Assembly: GCF_964355755.1 (NCBI RefSeq)
Contig: NC_092680.1
Span: forward strand, 19,105,045 to 19,169,044
DNA from: Antedon mediterranea
Taxonomy: Eukaryota; Animalia; Echinodermata
Reading direction: 5' to 3'
Length of the DNA stretch: 64,000 nucleotides
Below the pieces are notes generated by a model, which was not told where the DNA came from, ran no database searches, and saw only the letters and a program-made list of their open reading frames with translations. Positions 1 through 15,664 of the stretch are shown here, one piece after another. Position numbers and translations under genes: made by a program. Position 1 is the stretch's first letter. The number at the start of each line of letters is the position of its first letter.

Positions 1-1160
1 TATCGACTTTGATTAGAACGCGCTTGAATTACTATGGACGGAAGCTATGTACACAGTGGGATGCATCACGCCTAATTTGACGTTCCATATAATCAGTAAA
101 GCCAAATGGAACCATTAATTGTCGCTTATATATCATATGAGCCATTATAGTATTAGGAAAATAGATTGTTTGGTTATTTTATTCTTTCTGAAAACCTTGA
201 TCCGGGGTCTACTCTCTGAGAGGGTACAAAGCGTCACACACAACTATATAAAGTGGGGTTACATGACGCCTTAACGACCCACACTTACACGTCTGCTGTA
301 CATCTACCTCCTTTGGGCAATGGTCATTATGAAGTCACACACGTTTGACTCGCTTTTAGTATAGAAGACCCGCTTAAATGTGTCCACGTGATAACTTACT
401 GTATGGTATTTGACATCCGTTATTACAGAGTATGCATTTCATTACTGTATTTCTAGCATGTTATCTGTCCGATTGCTATATCTCCACTACAAGCTGGAGC
501 TATCTTTAGTTATACGGTACGGCGGATAATCGGGTGGTAAATCTCCCTCAAATTATTATTATTATACATCCTTTGCATGGGGCCTATAGAATGGACGCCA
601 TTTAAATAGCGTAATTCGTTTAATAATCCTTCAGCAGCACACAAAGGGCACATTAGGATAATCTGTGATTAATTTACACAAAAAAAACCGCACGCAACGC
701 ATTAGGACGTAAGCGCAACGCAAGTAATTGAACAATCACAATTGATTATATTTTCGAACTGTCTCTTATCATTGGTCCAAGCTTAAGTAAATTTGGTGTC
801 TGAAATCTGCTTTATCTATTGTAATTTTTGTCCTCATGCTTATGAATTACAGCTCTTTTTGGCAAAACTGTCTGTCCGTTATATTAATATAAATAGACCG
901 AGATATATCGTTTTGCTCCACGTTGATAACGATTTTTATGTAACAATATCAATTCTATATACAACAGCGTAACAATAGGCCAACCATTTTGTTTATTTTT
1001 ATCATAAGTATGACAACTAAAGCTAGTTCAGTTGAAGGTTATTAATGGTAATAAAATGTGTTGTTATTAGTTTGCAATTCATACTACAGTAATATGAATA
1101 AATAGACCTACGTTATACTGTACTAGGCTACATAGTCTACACTTGAGCTTGTTCCGTTTT

Positions 1161-1312
1161 CAATCAATCAATTCAATCAATTCAACTTTATTTCTTTCAG
1201 ACAAACTGTCTATATGAAACATATAAATACAATAAAAAAAAAATACAAAGCATTATGTGACAACCGTCATGGAAAGAGGACTAATAATTATTTGTTGACA
1301 TATAGTGCCTCT
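1161..1312 (-). mobile_element. Probable LINE/SINE 3' tail
   Basis: Minus strand ends AAATAAAGTTGAA(TTGA)n after a T-rich tract, the usual form of L2/CR1-type 3' ends. Confidence 0.35.
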
Positions 1313-1416
1313 TAAAATACATGTGGATTATGTTTTGGGATTTATTGGATGTAGACTGTAGACATTATTATATTATTGATTAGTATAGTTTACAAAACAA
1401 CACATTATTATGGCTG

Positions 1417-1512
1417 TACTGATACTAGTTAACTAGTTAGTTAACTAGTTATACTGATACTAGTTAACTAGTTAGTTAACTAGTTATACTGATACTAGTT
1501 AACTAGTTAGTT
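1417..1512. repeat. 35-bp tandem repeat (~2.7 copies) built from ACTAGTTAACTAGT palindromes
   Basis: Units start at 1417, 1452, 1487. Confidence 0.9.
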
Positions 1513-4500
1513 TTACTTTCTATGATGATAGGCCTATTCAAGAAAACGGAAGCATTAGGAAACAGTTACCATGCGGTAGCTTATAGTTTACTAAGGCTGA
1601 AAAAATGGGTATTTGGAAACTCGGACTGGGCATGCGCACACACCAAAGAACGTCTGGGAAAAGAGAGTCTGTGAACAAATTTGCTGATAAATATTGAGAT
1701 GCATGTAGACGGTAGTTATATGAGCGGCGTTTTTTGTTAAAAAAATGTCTTGTCTATATAAAAAGGCCCCTTCTTCCGTTCAGAGTTATTGCAGGTAATC
1801 AACCAATAAATGGCAAGGATAACTGTTATAAAATAACATATTTCACGGATCCACTACTGATACGAATCTAAATTATACATCTATATAGGCCTACATACAT
1901 TATAATAAATTATCTATAAGCATACGGTAGATTTAATTATTGAATATCATGATAGATTGTGGGCCCGATGGAGTAATACTTTTTATCAATTTCGATTATA
2001 GCTAGATTATACACGTATTTACTGGTTACACCTGAAACGTATAGGCCTAGTTTCTCCCGTAAAAGTGCATGTGGAACTATTATGTAACGGCGCTTACATT
2101 TGCGTGACACGGGGCACAGGCTATAACCACCGGGGCATCGAAGATGACGCTACGCACCTGCTGAACTCTGCTCACCTGAGATACCTATTAACGAGCAGTC
2201 ACGCTACAACATTCACAGTTACTTCAGTAACAAACAAAACATCTCTCATTGGAGAGAACTCATATTCTGTTCGCTGACTACATAACTGATTGATTAGGTT
2301 TAAATGTTTATTTTAATAATTTATCGCCATTACAATATTGATTGAAGTTCATTTTCGTAATTATGACAATTTATTTTACTCTCAGGCCAATATATTAGTT
2401 AGGCCTAATATACCGTAATTGGCCTACCACCATTTGATATACCGTATGACCCACCTATTTTAAAATATGTACACGTGGTGATGTCTAGGCCTATACGTCA
2501 CTTGTGAAAGAGAATTGTCTGAGAAATAACATATTTATTTATTTATTACAAATTTGATACCAACTTGACCAGGGCGTGGTTAGATAATAACGCAGAAGTA
2601 TATTATTATTATTATAAATATAATTTGATATATAAATATATAAAGTATATAAAAAATATGAAAATGTTAAAATAAAAGAGAAATGCACATAACACGTTAG
2701 GCCTACAGATAAAAAAAGTTAGAAGAACATTGGAAACAGATAAGTGAGATGCGCTCTGACGAACTATGACGAAAGAGACTTTTCCCGATCGTCCTCATCA
2801 TTCCTCGATTTAAGTAGGCCTATAAACTGCAGTGCATACGAACAAAACAAATGATATACTTAATAGATGGTCTTTGCTTATAATGCAATAAAGTTGCGAC
2901 TAAAAAAAGTACATTGACCCTATGCTCTATGCTTATCATAAACTTCGTGGCGACAAAATTACGTTTCCGAGAAAGTTACGGAATGACATATCGTGTTTCA
3001 ATTGCGTTCTTCCTAAAGCGTCTACTAATAGAGCACCCGAAGCGCGCGACGCTATACTTAGCCTTGTTGACATTTAATAACATTTCGCTGAAATATTACT
3101 AGGACAAGGACTACAAAAGTGACATCGACTAATGACCTAACGGTTATCGACAGTAAACGTGATATTTAATTACATCATTTATTAAAATCGATTCCATCAG
3201 GTCGAAAGCCTTAAAAGGAGCAATTAACGCCCATGGCTCCAAAGACAACAACAGTGCAGACACAAGTTTTTATGATATGTTTGTGATTTACATTATGACA
3301 ACTTATAACAAAAACAATAATATTAATCATTCGATACTGTTGTTATGTGAACTAGATCCATCTGTTTGTGTTTGTTATTTGTAGTTTTTCGGATGTTTAT
3401 TTCCTCCGTTATTGACAACACAACAAGACCTTATAAATAAACATATTTGGGTCACTATGGGGTATTGACCTATGAGACCACGCCCATAATGTTGCTAGGC
3501 GTGGAAATATAGCTCCTTTCAGCTCATATTCAGGCATGTTTTTAAGCCTAAAAATGGTGAATACATATGAATGATGAATACAAACTTCAATAAAAGGGGA
3601 CCTTCGGGGTTCCCCTTAATAGGAGCCCATTGAATAAGAGGAGTTTACCCTGAACAGCGGGTTGCTGTTATTGTGTTAAAAACATTATTTCCATTTGTTC
3701 TATTTAGGTGGTGTTCACAGAATCTGTGTGTCCCGAGAGGGTTTTACTACTGAAACTATCAATCTTAATGAGTTTTGTATACGATGTTCTGATTTTTGTA
3801 CAGGCTTTTACACATTTCAAGTGTGTAACTATGCTATTATGATATTCAAGCGATTAAGTTTTAAATATATCCGATACGAAAATTGTTGTTTTCCAAAATA
3901 TAAATTCAACATTGAGAGTAGGCTTACTGTATCTACGTACCTTGTTATATGAAAAACAGTTTTGTCGAAAGTGGCTTCTTAGGCTTATACTAAAATCAGT
4001 AAAAGATAGACATATCTTTTTTTTATTTATTTTTTATTAAAACTTGTATCGCACACAGGGTATGATATCGGTGGCATTTTTCTAAAATGATGATAGACAG
4101 ATTGTTCAATTATTAATTCTACAAAGATAATAATTTATTTTGTAAATTGTTTATTTTACTCTCCAATTCAGCTTACTGAAATGGACTGTTTCTGTAATAT
4201 ATGATCAATACAAGTATACAATACCCACATAGTTACCTTTCAATTTCATCATATTAGCAATTCCGCCAGGCACTCGCAAGCCTTATCTTAACACTAAACT
4301 AAAAATTCGATGTGTTTTTTTTCTCGTAATTTTGATAGATTGATAGCATATTATTTGCCATAAAAATCGTCTGCGTATATGAACGTATTTATTATAAAAG
4401 TTAATGATACTGTCTACAGCATTTAAATATAGTAAAATAAGTAGGTTGGATAGACACAAAAGAAGAAAAATAAAATATAAAAGGAATTACCGCTACATTA

Positions 4501-7500
4501 GTGATATTTGAAAAGTTATCATTTTTCATTTCTATTTTGACAACATGCAGTCAGGCTGGGAGTTCGTTGGCCTGGTAATCGGTTTATCCAGTTCGCACGT
4601 TATTCCTATAATGGCAACGATTCGCTTCAATTGCTTTTATAGAGCACAGTTTCGTCATTCCGTCGTAAAAAATTATCGGAAAATATTCCCTCGCACATAT
4701 TTACTTTTCTGTATGAAATTTTTTTCTGTCGTTTATTGTGAAATGACGAATGCATGCCGTTCAGAGCAGTAATAATAAAGTAATTACCGTACTTCTGAGC
4801 TCTGCGAAATGTAATCTGTTAGGCCTACACATGCAATGGCTGTTTAATTATTAGTTTGCGTTTTAAAAGGGTACCGTTGTGTTAGGGTGTAACACCAATC
4901 CCTGTTTCGGTTCAATACAACTATATTAACGTCAAAAACATACTCATTTATTAATAAGTGAATAAGTTACCAATTTTATAAATAAAGCGTTAGCCTAATC
5001 GATATAATACATTATTTTATACAGTTTATACCGACGTGTGACGTATCGATATGTATCTATGTGATCTAACAAGTGACACACAGTCATTGATTGAAATTGG
5101 CATGACGTCACGTCTTTATGTAATGGAACGTTCCACGTTTATTTAAGATTCAAATTAAGTTTATAATCTGCTAACGCAACTACCCAATATTCCACAGGCT
5201 CACACGATACTCGTCAATTCATTTCATAAGTAAAAATGATGTTGTAATATACCGGCTCACGTGACTAAATTGAGGTTAACGACTTCCTATAGCCAACGGC
5301 GACCAAGAGTTCAATTAATGCGTTCGAAAGTGTCATTGGCTTAGTTGACGCGTCAGAATATGCGCAGGAGGATCAGAGACTGGATTGAGCGAACAGCAGT
5401 CGCTTGGTGATACATCCGGGAAACCTGTCGTGGCACTATCTACTACCAGCGTCGGGGCCCAGCTGTTAACATCTTCAAACTGATTTACAATATCTCATTT
5501 TTTGATTTATCGCTATATATAAATTAGTTACGAATACGATTTATTATCAATTTGAGCATACATGTCAATTAGTAATGTTGAACAGTCTTTTTAATCTATT
5601 TTAGACCACTAAACATTGAAAATCAATTACGTAACATCTATGTAACTAGTAACGCTGTATTCATATCACCTACCGTATTCTCACTTGTTTTATGAGATTA
5701 ATTGATACAGTAGGCCTACCAATGATTTTATGGTGAACACAAAGGTAGAATCCACCACTGCCAATGCCTAATGTAGTGGTGGTCTAGACCTAATCTGTTG
5801 TTAATCGTTTTATCGAAGGATAGACTATACTTTAGCATTCATATCCGTTATATAACTTTTTCCCATGGTTACATCGTGGTTACATCATGTAATTTCGCCA
5901 GAATAATTGTCGGTACGTGGTGTTGCAAGGCCCCGAATGCCAGGAAATTTGAGACATGTTGGACGTTAATGCACTCTTGTAAAATTAATAGTTATATTTA
6001 TTAAAATTCAATAAGAAACGTCGATTTTCTTGTTTTTTTGTCATTAAATGTTATTGTAAAGTTATATAGTAAGCGTCTATTAATTCGTAATAAGAAATAT
6101 ATATTACAAAATGTAAAAATAGTTTAAAGATTATGCTCGTCATTTTATGAATTGGAAATTACTATAATGTGTCAATGTTGATTCAGAAATGCGGTGGAGG
6201 TACGGTACCGTACTTATAGTGTAGTAAGTTTCTTGTTTAGATTGAATTTCAATCAGTAGGCCTACTTAATTAATTAGCGGTATATACTGTAGTTAAAAAG
6301 ATAGTGAGTGAGTCTCAACGGTTTAATTATCATTATTGCAAGAAAAAAAACCCATATAAACAAATGTCGACTGGTAAGTTGGCTGAAGGGAAACTGAATC
6401 CCTCTAGAGCCCATGTTCTCCTCTTAGTAGTACATGAAGATACAAAATATAAGTAATACATTTATCATAAAATATCAACAATTAACAAAAACTGGCAGCA
6501 GTTACCAGATTTATCTCAAAAGTGCAACGTTTCGTTTTTCAAATTGGCACATAAATTACGGACACTCAGCAATTGCTTGTTTTGAAGGAATTGGATTTCA
6601 AAACTTAATTTTTGTGAAGTTTATCGAAATGACATCGTATACTTGTTTCGGAAATTTTCAATTACGTCATGAAATTGTTCAGATGGTGAAGACATCTGGA
6701 ATCGTTTTTCGTGCTTGAAAAAAAAAAGCATGTTTTGTTTCAGATTTACACAATTTTTCTGGGCAGTGTCCGCTAATAGGTCAACGGCATTAAAGTTCAA
6801 ACAGTGATCAGTCTACAGTAGGCTTACCGTACATGAAAATAGTAGGCCTACCAGTGTACATAGAAGCATGATTAAGGCAGATATAAAGACTATTAAGGCC
6901 CATTGAAATAAATAATTTGGGAAGATTTGTATTGAATATCGACACGACGACGTGGGGCTATCGTTAATCCTATTAATTAATTTCACGAACATGTCCACGA
7001 ATTACGAAAACAAATTTGATTGCGTCTGCAAATCGATTGGAACAAGCTTCGAGAGAATCGGTCTAAAACACTATGAATGATTCATTTGTTAATTTAGGTG
7101 TAATGTAGGCCTAAATTTTGTTTCAATATGTTCACTTTATATATCGTTAACTCCAGTCTTAGTTAGTTTAGACTTTATTTACCATACGTTCATGCTGATA
7201 TCACTTCAGGAACAAAGTGGGTTTGTTCGAACCCTCGAATTACCCCCTACCCTCTGGCTGGCTACGGGCTTGAAATGTTTCATATTTTTAGTTTTCAAAA
7301 CAGATTTAAGAATAGATTACTATAATTCTCCCATGTGGGATTAAATCGTTTGAGAATCCGTTTGCATGAATCGTGGGAGGCGAACACACAGCATTAGGCT
7401 ACTAGTCAGGCTTAACATAAGTCATGCAGTTAAGTTTTTCCAGGTTCATTTATTTGATAATTTGTCGGAGAAACACGCACTGTTGCACGCTATGTTTATT

Positions 7501-7599
7501 GGTTATTTTAATCGTCCAAAGGTTGTTTGACCAGGGTACAGAAGTTTCTATAGATATTTCATTGCCATATGTTGGTGTTGGTTCGCTATCTCGGTTTTA

Positions 7600-7762
7600 A
7601 GCTCTGTCTACACTTTCAAACTTTATGTGAAAAAAAGTGTGATGTGCCAATATATGGTAGTGATATACCTAAATATGGTAGAGTGATATATGACATCATC
7701 ATGTCCATATGGGCACATCACACTTTTTGTCTCACATACAGTTTGATCGTATAGACAGAGCT
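7600..7762. mobile_element. MITE family B (Harbinger-like TIR AGCTCTGTCTACACT)
   Basis: TTA|AGCTCTGTCTACACTTTCAAACT...AGTTTGATCGTATAGACAGAGCT|TAA, internal AATATGGTAGTGATAT units; homologous to 33708-33954 and a decayed inverted copy at ~10805-10922. Confidence 0.85.
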
Positions 7763-7910
7763 TAAGGTTGAAAACAAATTATTCTTTGATTTTTCTTCTG
7801 CTCTGATAAACTTCAAGGTCGCCAATGCAGCATGGTTCATCAAAGCATATTTGTTATAAATATAATGATGACGAACTTCTGCAGCTGCGGTGGAGTGCTA
7901 AGATTGTTTC

Positions 7911-8044
7911 CACACGTGCGTTATCACGGCGCGTTGAATGTACTATCTCATGATAATGCGCCCGAGAGGTCGCCTACACACGTGCGTTATCACGGCGCGT
8001 TGAATGTACTATCTCATGATAATGCGCCTGAGAGGTCGCCTACA
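7911..8044. repeat. 66-bp CpG-rich tandem duplication
   Basis: CACACGTGCGTTATCACGGCGCGTTGAATG...GAGAGGTCGCCTA twice (7911, 7977), one substitution. Confidence 0.92.
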
Positions 8045-11000
8045 TCAGTCACTTTAACTTATATATAACAAATCCAGGTTAATATACATTACATTTGTTA
8101 AAATAGCCGATTTACCTATCGAGCATTTACCGTTTTGACGCTACAATTATGTGATTAACGTTCGATGATTCTGCTCGCACAATCCAAGTATTTGCTGGGG
8201 CGTTGCCCCAGTCCATTTATTTTTAAATCGTAGTCGTTAGTATTACTGCACTTCATTCTCAATATCAGCTTCAAGGCCACTTGCTCATAACTAATACCGA
8301 CACACTTTTGAAATCATGACCTTATAAAGCTGCATAAGACTTATTAATACAAATATGAATAGCATATGATTGATAAAGTAACGTGTAAAATGTGTAAGTG
8401 TTGCAGACCAAATCGAAAACGCAATAAAGAGTGCAGTTATTGCAGTGGGTTTGGTTTTCGAGGTCCATCTTTTCGATAGTTTTTTTTATACGATATGAAA
8501 CGTCTATAGACACATAAATGAAGATATATGCGATGCAAGTAAAGCATTTAACATTACATAGGCCTATATTATATTTTGACGACTTTGCCGTATGCTATAT
8601 AGGCCTATGTTAAAAAAAAATGATGTTCCTATTGAATACAATTTTTGATTCAACATAATGTTAACATGTTATATTCTTATCACTAGCAATTTCTCATATA
8701 GTTTTAAATGATCTACTTCTTCAGTATGTTTTATAGTACATATTTTGAACATTTTATTTTAACATATATAATATTATATAAATATTAATGGAAATGAGAA
8801 TATTAAAGGTGGATTGGATACCCACAAAGAAAAAAAAGGAAATCATATAATTTAAATACTCGTACTGTGAAAAGAAGAGGCAGGCAGGATGGAGAATCAA
8901 AATTAGTTACAGAAGACACGATTAAAGAACGATATAAAAACCGAATGCTTTATAAATCAGGAGACGCGTGGACCTGCCATGAGTTACATCAAACAATCAT
9001 TGTCAGCATTCAAATAATAGTGCACGGCAAAAAATAACCTAAATAGAACAAGTATTTCCATTAGGGACCAGTAATTCTTAGGCTGAAATCTGAGTCGGGC
9101 ATCTACCTTCACATTAAGTCACATTTAGTGTTCAATGCGGGCAATGACTTGTTTTTCATTAACAGAACGTAATCTACAAACGGCCTAGCCAGTAGCTATA
9201 GCGGAACATAATATCGATATTTCTAGGAATATTGAATGTCATGAGATTCATATAAGAAAACCTGTCCCTAATGATGGTTGAATTGATGACTCGATCTTTT
9301 TCATCTCTTTTCAAGGTCATGCGCGATACTGTAATGTTTGACGTCATCAATCCAGGGTCGTGATTTTCAATGTGTTCGTTTTCGCACACCACGTCTCTCC
9401 AGAGAAAACACAATATTATCTTTACAGCAACTGTTTAGGGTGTTATTTACGGCCAGGTTATTTTCCCTGTTGTTTAAAGTATTAAAAATTATGAGAATAT
9501 TAAACATATTTAGGTTGCTCAATGTTTTATTACCACGAATAGGACTATAATCACGAATATAAAGAGCTTGTGATGTGATAATAGGAACACGATGGATGAT
9601 GAAAAATGTTTCGGGTTCTGAACGTTGTACAAGTGCCTATTTATCCCCTCAAAAGGAGGTCAGGTCAAATCCGTAATATTATATAATGTGATATTTGACA
9701 ATCGAGTTACAATCAAATGTAGGTTAAACGGATAGAGAGTGTGATGGGAAAGTCGGCAGTGACATACAAGTTTGGAACATACATACGTTTGTACCGATTA
9801 TTGTATTTGGTGATACTTATGCAACAGATTACCTCACGTGATCAATAATGTTTCCTTAAGAAATGGAAGTTTAGAACATGCTTACGACAGGGCTAACCAC
9901 AATTATTTCAACATCGAATGCATTATACCTTACAAATTCACATTTTATAGACATTCATAAATAGGCCTATACATTCATTGTTGATAAATTGTCCATGTAA
10001 ATTCATTATGCATATTCATAATGTGCTCCTCAAGATGATGACACCCCCTCTCGGGTAATTAGAGATAATTTTGGGGTGAAAAAACCACATGAGACAATGA
10101 GAGGGTTGGGAAACTTGTATGTAAATCTTGGCAAACCAAAACATGGCGAGTATTTTTTTAAATAATATTTGTATTCTGAACTATAGAAATATTTTGTTTG
10201 TTTGCTGCAATTGTAAGCGACCGGCTGGCCACATTTTGTGCAAAACATGATGGTAGGCCGCGCCTAATAATACCATAGTTCAATGTTCGCTTTTTAAATG
10301 AGGGTTGCGAAATCTCGATTTTTTTTAGTTATTGATGAGAGCGCGCATAACTTTGCTGTTATTTTATTTTTATAACTATTAGCACATGTGTTGTTTATTT
10401 TTCTAGGATACTCGGCAGTAAAAAGAAAATCACCGGTAATCGGCGTGATGCTATTTACATGCCGGTTAACATCTCTCGAGTTTATGTTTCCTGAAGTTAG
10501 TATGACGCGCTGCGGAATAGTATGGAGCGCCGAATAGATTAAGATAAAGAGGCGTTACGTAAAACAAGTAGGCTTATTCGTAAATATTATGACACTAATT
10601 TACATAGTATTATGTAAAATAATATGCTTACAATAAATTAAAATTACATTATATTGTTATTCAGCGCACCATACGTTCTAACGTGTAGTATATCGAGAGG
10701 TTAGGAAGAGGTTATCTTTTGTCCAGGGTTGTCGCTCAAGTAGATATAGATTTCAATATTGATGTAATTTGTTGACAACTATTATGTTGCGTGTGTTATA
10801 ATGTTATGTGATGTGCCCATATGATGATATCATACCAATACCATATTTGGGTATATCACTACCATATTTGGACACATTACACTTTTTTTATCAAACTAGT
10901 TTGATAATGTATATACAAAGCTTTAGGCCTATTGTTTTCCGTGAGTGGATTTGATGGGGGTGATTGTCTTGTAGAGGGTTGTCCGGATACGGTATACTTC

Positions 11001-14000
11001 TTCCGTCGATTTCTAAAATGATATCTTTTGCTTCTGTTTATACACGGGGTGTTTATAACATCGGAACTATTCAGAAATAACGAACATTGCCACTTGCACG
11101 ATAATGGTCAAAAAGCATACTGGAACTAACTCAATTTGTAGTCTGTTCCGACGGGTAAAATAACAATGTGCTTTTATATGTTGTGTTTGTATGTTCTGAT
11201 AATAAACAAGAAATATTTCTTACAAAATACGCTGCTCGCTTATTGACGTAACAGTTTTAAATATATATTGTCCCTCTGAAAAATATTTTTTATTTCAAAT
11301 TTGTGTTTGAATGTGTCATTTTATTGTCACATCATAGTTATTTTACCTGAAAAAATGTAATTTAATGCAAAAAATACTTAAATTGTCTGTCAGACAATGG
11401 TTTTTGAGTTATAATTAAACGTTTCTTTTCTTTTTTTATATGTGAACAAATATTATTTTTTTTGTTACAGAGTCTGTGTTTCATATCAGTCACTTTAGTT
11501 TATTTTATTGCTAAGGTCAAGTCTGGGGGTCACTTCATCATGCCTAGATACTTCATTCAATTGTGAAGTATCATCTGACAGCGAATTATATAATATGGGA
11601 CTCATAAATACCACAAACTAATGCTTTGGGATTTGTCATTCAACCGTTAGACTCTTTCCCAGACGTTTTTTGGTGGTACCTATAAATTACAGTCGAGTAT
11701 GCATTTTAGCAAAACTGTCAACCTTAGATATATAACTGCTGCTTTACTTCATCCTCCTGTGACGTAGCGGGCTAAAGCAGCAGCGTGAAAACTAACTTTT
11801 CTACACTTGAACCATGATTGAACTTAGTTATGATCTATGAGTGTGGTTTCTGTACTTCGCCATTATCTTATCCAGGGTTGTGACATCATGATATCAGTGT
11901 ATTATGCGGAAGATAGGGCAATTGGATGACGTCATGAAATGTCCTTATGTTCGTTTGATTAGAAATTCATTTTAGCCTTTTGACAATTTTTTAATGGTTC
12001 TGCTTTCATTTTCTAGAGTAGCCTACAGTTAGGTCCTACCAGTTTAGGTTGATTCACCTCTTTATGTAATGGTGATGGATGATGGAGATGTAAATATGTG
12101 TGAGTTGTAATAAAGTATTATTTTGAACATAGATTGATCAACGTTGAAGAAATACTATTGCGCCCTCTTTTTCTGTACTCATCATCCCAGAGACGCGTGT
12201 GGGTTCTGGAGATTGTGGGCGGCGGAAAGAACGTCTTGACCACCGGATTTGTAAGTTTCTCACGCCCAAAAGGCAAATTCTTAATAACAAATCTTTTCCT
12301 TGATTACATAATTAAGATATCATAATTTTACACCACCTTTTACATGAATTTAAGTAGGCGTAAGTATCTACCGTGTGTCTTAAAGAGGTGGGACCTTACC
12401 AATATGTTATACAATTAACACATGGAAGTTCAAAGTAGCCTACAGTACAAAGTTTCCAGAATTGTATAAGTAAAGGAATAAAGGGATCGTGTAATTATTT
12501 ATTTAATATTTTACCTGGCACTGTTTTGCATTACTAAAGTACAGTGAATTGAGTACTGTAATACAGGTACAAAAGAGAGACTTTTTTTATTTAAGCCTGG
12601 ACAACGCGGATACAATGATAAATAATGACGTTTTATAAAACATCGTGCGAATACGATTTGTATAAGATTATGTATTATCATCATTTGAGTATACTGTTGT
12701 ACTGTAATATTGATACATTGATGCGTATCTCAGCCCTCTCCCCAAGACATACATTGCGTCCGTAAAAATAATCGATTAAATCCGCTTAAATTACTAATGT
12801 AAACATACAGTGTATCTTCATGTTTGATCGGTGCAAACATGCCTGTTTATGATATTGACACTGCGCATAATGTAGAGAGAGAATGGCATTCGAATGCTTC
12901 AATACTGTAAAGTATGTTTGTTGTAGCACTTAAATACAACGTGGATTTGTCACGCTATCATAGTAGTACAGTACCTGTATATCGAAGCTGCATGATTGAT
13001 GGATAAAGTGCTGTGACTTATAGTGATGACATTGCAGGCCAGAGAAAGCGAGAATGCCTATGCCCAACTAAAATTGCTCGCTTTGAGGGTACGACGCCAG
13101 CGCCGTGCCGCACTCGGGCGAGGCTCAACAACAGGCCCACCAATATTTTAGTGATTTGCCGTACCATCGTGTGCGGAGTTAAAACATTTTGTTTTATTTG
13201 CTTGGTCCACCACCCCACCGCCCTTCCCCCACACGCAAAAAGCTGAGCAACGCGTTGCAAGTAAACCAATGACGCGATGGATCATCCAAACTGTCACTTG
13301 ATTGGTCAACTTTTTGTTTGTTTACGTCGTCCTTGCGTTGCGTCCAAGTGTGAATCAGGCCTAATGGTTTAGTCCAGCAGACGGTAGTTACCCGGGTCCG
13401 GGCGTAGTTTTAATTGAACCCGTGATGATTGTAGGTGATGATTGTCTGATCATCTGAGGCCTTTTCTGCTGATACATTATTGAATTTAGGTAATCGAATA
13501 ACACATGGACTCATCGATTATTCGATTGTTTTATTTGCTATCGTAGGAGGGGATTTATTCAGAGGTCGGGTCCGATCGGGAATAGTTTTAGTGGTGATGA
13601 TTCGCTGCTGATAGGCCTACATACGATTTGATTCTCTCTAGGCGAATTAAATAACATCCATGCTCGAATAATAACTACTCATGATTGTACTTTATATTAA
13701 GAAAATCTGGTGCCATTAACTTACATGTTGTTATTCAGGAATAATGCCCTCATTACATCACGCAACTGATTCCCCGGCCGATTTTAGTTAATTTACCAAT
13801 TTAGAATGTTGTTTATGACCTGTGCTATCGGCATTACCAATACCATTATTATGTTATGATTCGAAAACTGTTGCAACTCTTACAATAAAAAGTACACGTA
13901 TTGAACTTTGTCTTTCACTTCATTTATACTACAATAAACGCGTGTATGCTATGCTTACTCATCGGAGAAAAAGCGGAGATGGTGCAAATGGGGCGTGATG

Positions 14001-14559
14001 AAGTCCAATGTCCGATGACCATTTTACTAATCATCCGTAATATTTCAACGAATTAAATTGCTATTTATTATTATTATTATTATTGACTAACAGAATATGG
14101 CAAGTGACCCTTCCGTGCAGAGATTAGTCGTATACAGGTCACTAGGTTTTTTCTCGTCTCTATGTAATTTCACGGATGGATAGCACAGTGGTAAGCATCA
14201 CGCATATCGCTATATATTATCGCTATCAAGTTTTTGCGTTCACAGCCAGAATTTGTGGACGTGCCAATATGAAAAACTTATATAGTTGAAATGTGTGCAG
14301 TTGATAGCCAAGTGTCACGCAGATCTGGCTAACGAGGGTGATTAGGCGTGGAGTGATGACACCGCGTGATAACCCAGCGCTTTGGTTCGCAACGGGTAGG
14401 AACGGTGTTATTATTATTATGTATTACGAATACCCTGATATGAAATGTAATATTACCATTTAATGTGCTGGACACGAACCAGTGAAAGTGCGTGTGCCCT
14501 TTAATTATATAACGTTGGATAATGGTCATTTGACTGTATTGACGGGCATATCTTATTCT

Positions 14560-15090
14560 ATAACACTATACAACACCCCTCCATGCGTATATATAACACT
14601 ACGCAAGCGTGAACACTCCTCCGTACGTAACTCCATGAAAGCGTCCGACACTCCTCCCGTGTATATATAACACTATGCAAGCGTCCAACACATATCCATG
14701 TATATAACACTATGCAAGTGTCCAACACACCTCCATGTGTATATTTAACACTTTATGCAAGCGTCCAACACTCCTCCGTGATTGCGTATATATAACACTA
14801 TGCAAGCGTCCAACACATCTCCATGTGTATAACACTATGCAAGTGTCCTACACTCCTCCATGCGTATATATAACACTATGTAAGCGTCCAACACTCCTCC
14901 ATGCGTATATAACACTGTGCAAGCGTCTAACACACCTCCATGTGTATAGATAACACTTTATGCAAGCGTCCAACATTCCTCTATGCGTATATATACTATG
15001 CAAGCGTCCAACACATCTCCATGTGTATAACACTATGCAAACGTCATTAAACACTCCTCAATGCGTACGGCATAATGCAAGCGCTCAACG
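14560..15090. repeat. ~38-42-bp minisatellite (~13 units)
   Basis: TATATAACACTATGCAAGCGTCCAACACTCCTCCATGCG consensus with variable (TA)n. Confidence 0.93.
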
Positions 15091-15454
15091 CTTAGTTTAT
15101 TATCACTAAAACAGATAAAGTTAATTTATGATGAAAGTAAAGCCAGTCATATCATAAGTCAGTCAGTCACTATTATTATTACTCATGGCCAAGACCTATA
15201 TTTATTTAATTGCTCTTCAAAATAGACGAAGCTATCGGTAAATGACCTTAATGATCTTCACGGCTAAATACTGTAGTACACTTGACCTTGACATTCAAGC
15301 CAAACAATATACCGTACCTTACCTAGCTTACGGCACCGGTATAACATAAGGAGGTATACGTCTTCAGAACTCTGTCTCCAGGTGGCGACCGGGAACGTAT
15401 TAGCTTGGTTCCCACTTTCTATAAGAGTAAAACGGTTAGGACGCTACATCGCGC

Positions 15455-15664
15455 CGTGATTGGTCAAATTGTTTGCGTACTATTATCCATGCGTTGCGAC
15501 CAAGTGGGAACCAACATTTAGTGTAAAATACCATATGAAATATTTTTGTTAATCTGTCGTCGTGATTGGTCAAATTGTTTGCGTACGTTTATCCTTGCGT
15601 TGCGACCAAGTGGGAACCAACCCTTAGTGTGTAATGCCATATGAAATATTTTTGTTATTCTGTT
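15455..15664. repeat. ~105-bp tandem duplication of a MITE A right arm plus flank
   Basis: CGTGATTGGTCAAATTGTTTGCGTAC...GTGGGAACCAAC...CCATATGAAATATTTTTGTTA occurs twice. Confidence 0.85.

Noticed and set aside
2756-2780. CTGACGA...GAAA hammerhead-like words (also a degenerate one at ~38780-38812, minus)
   Set aside because: No proper helix II or cleavage triplet; core incomplete.
3594-3617. Hairpin with C(UUCG)G tetraloop
   Set aside because: Isolated short stem with a bulge and no surrounding RNA-gene context.
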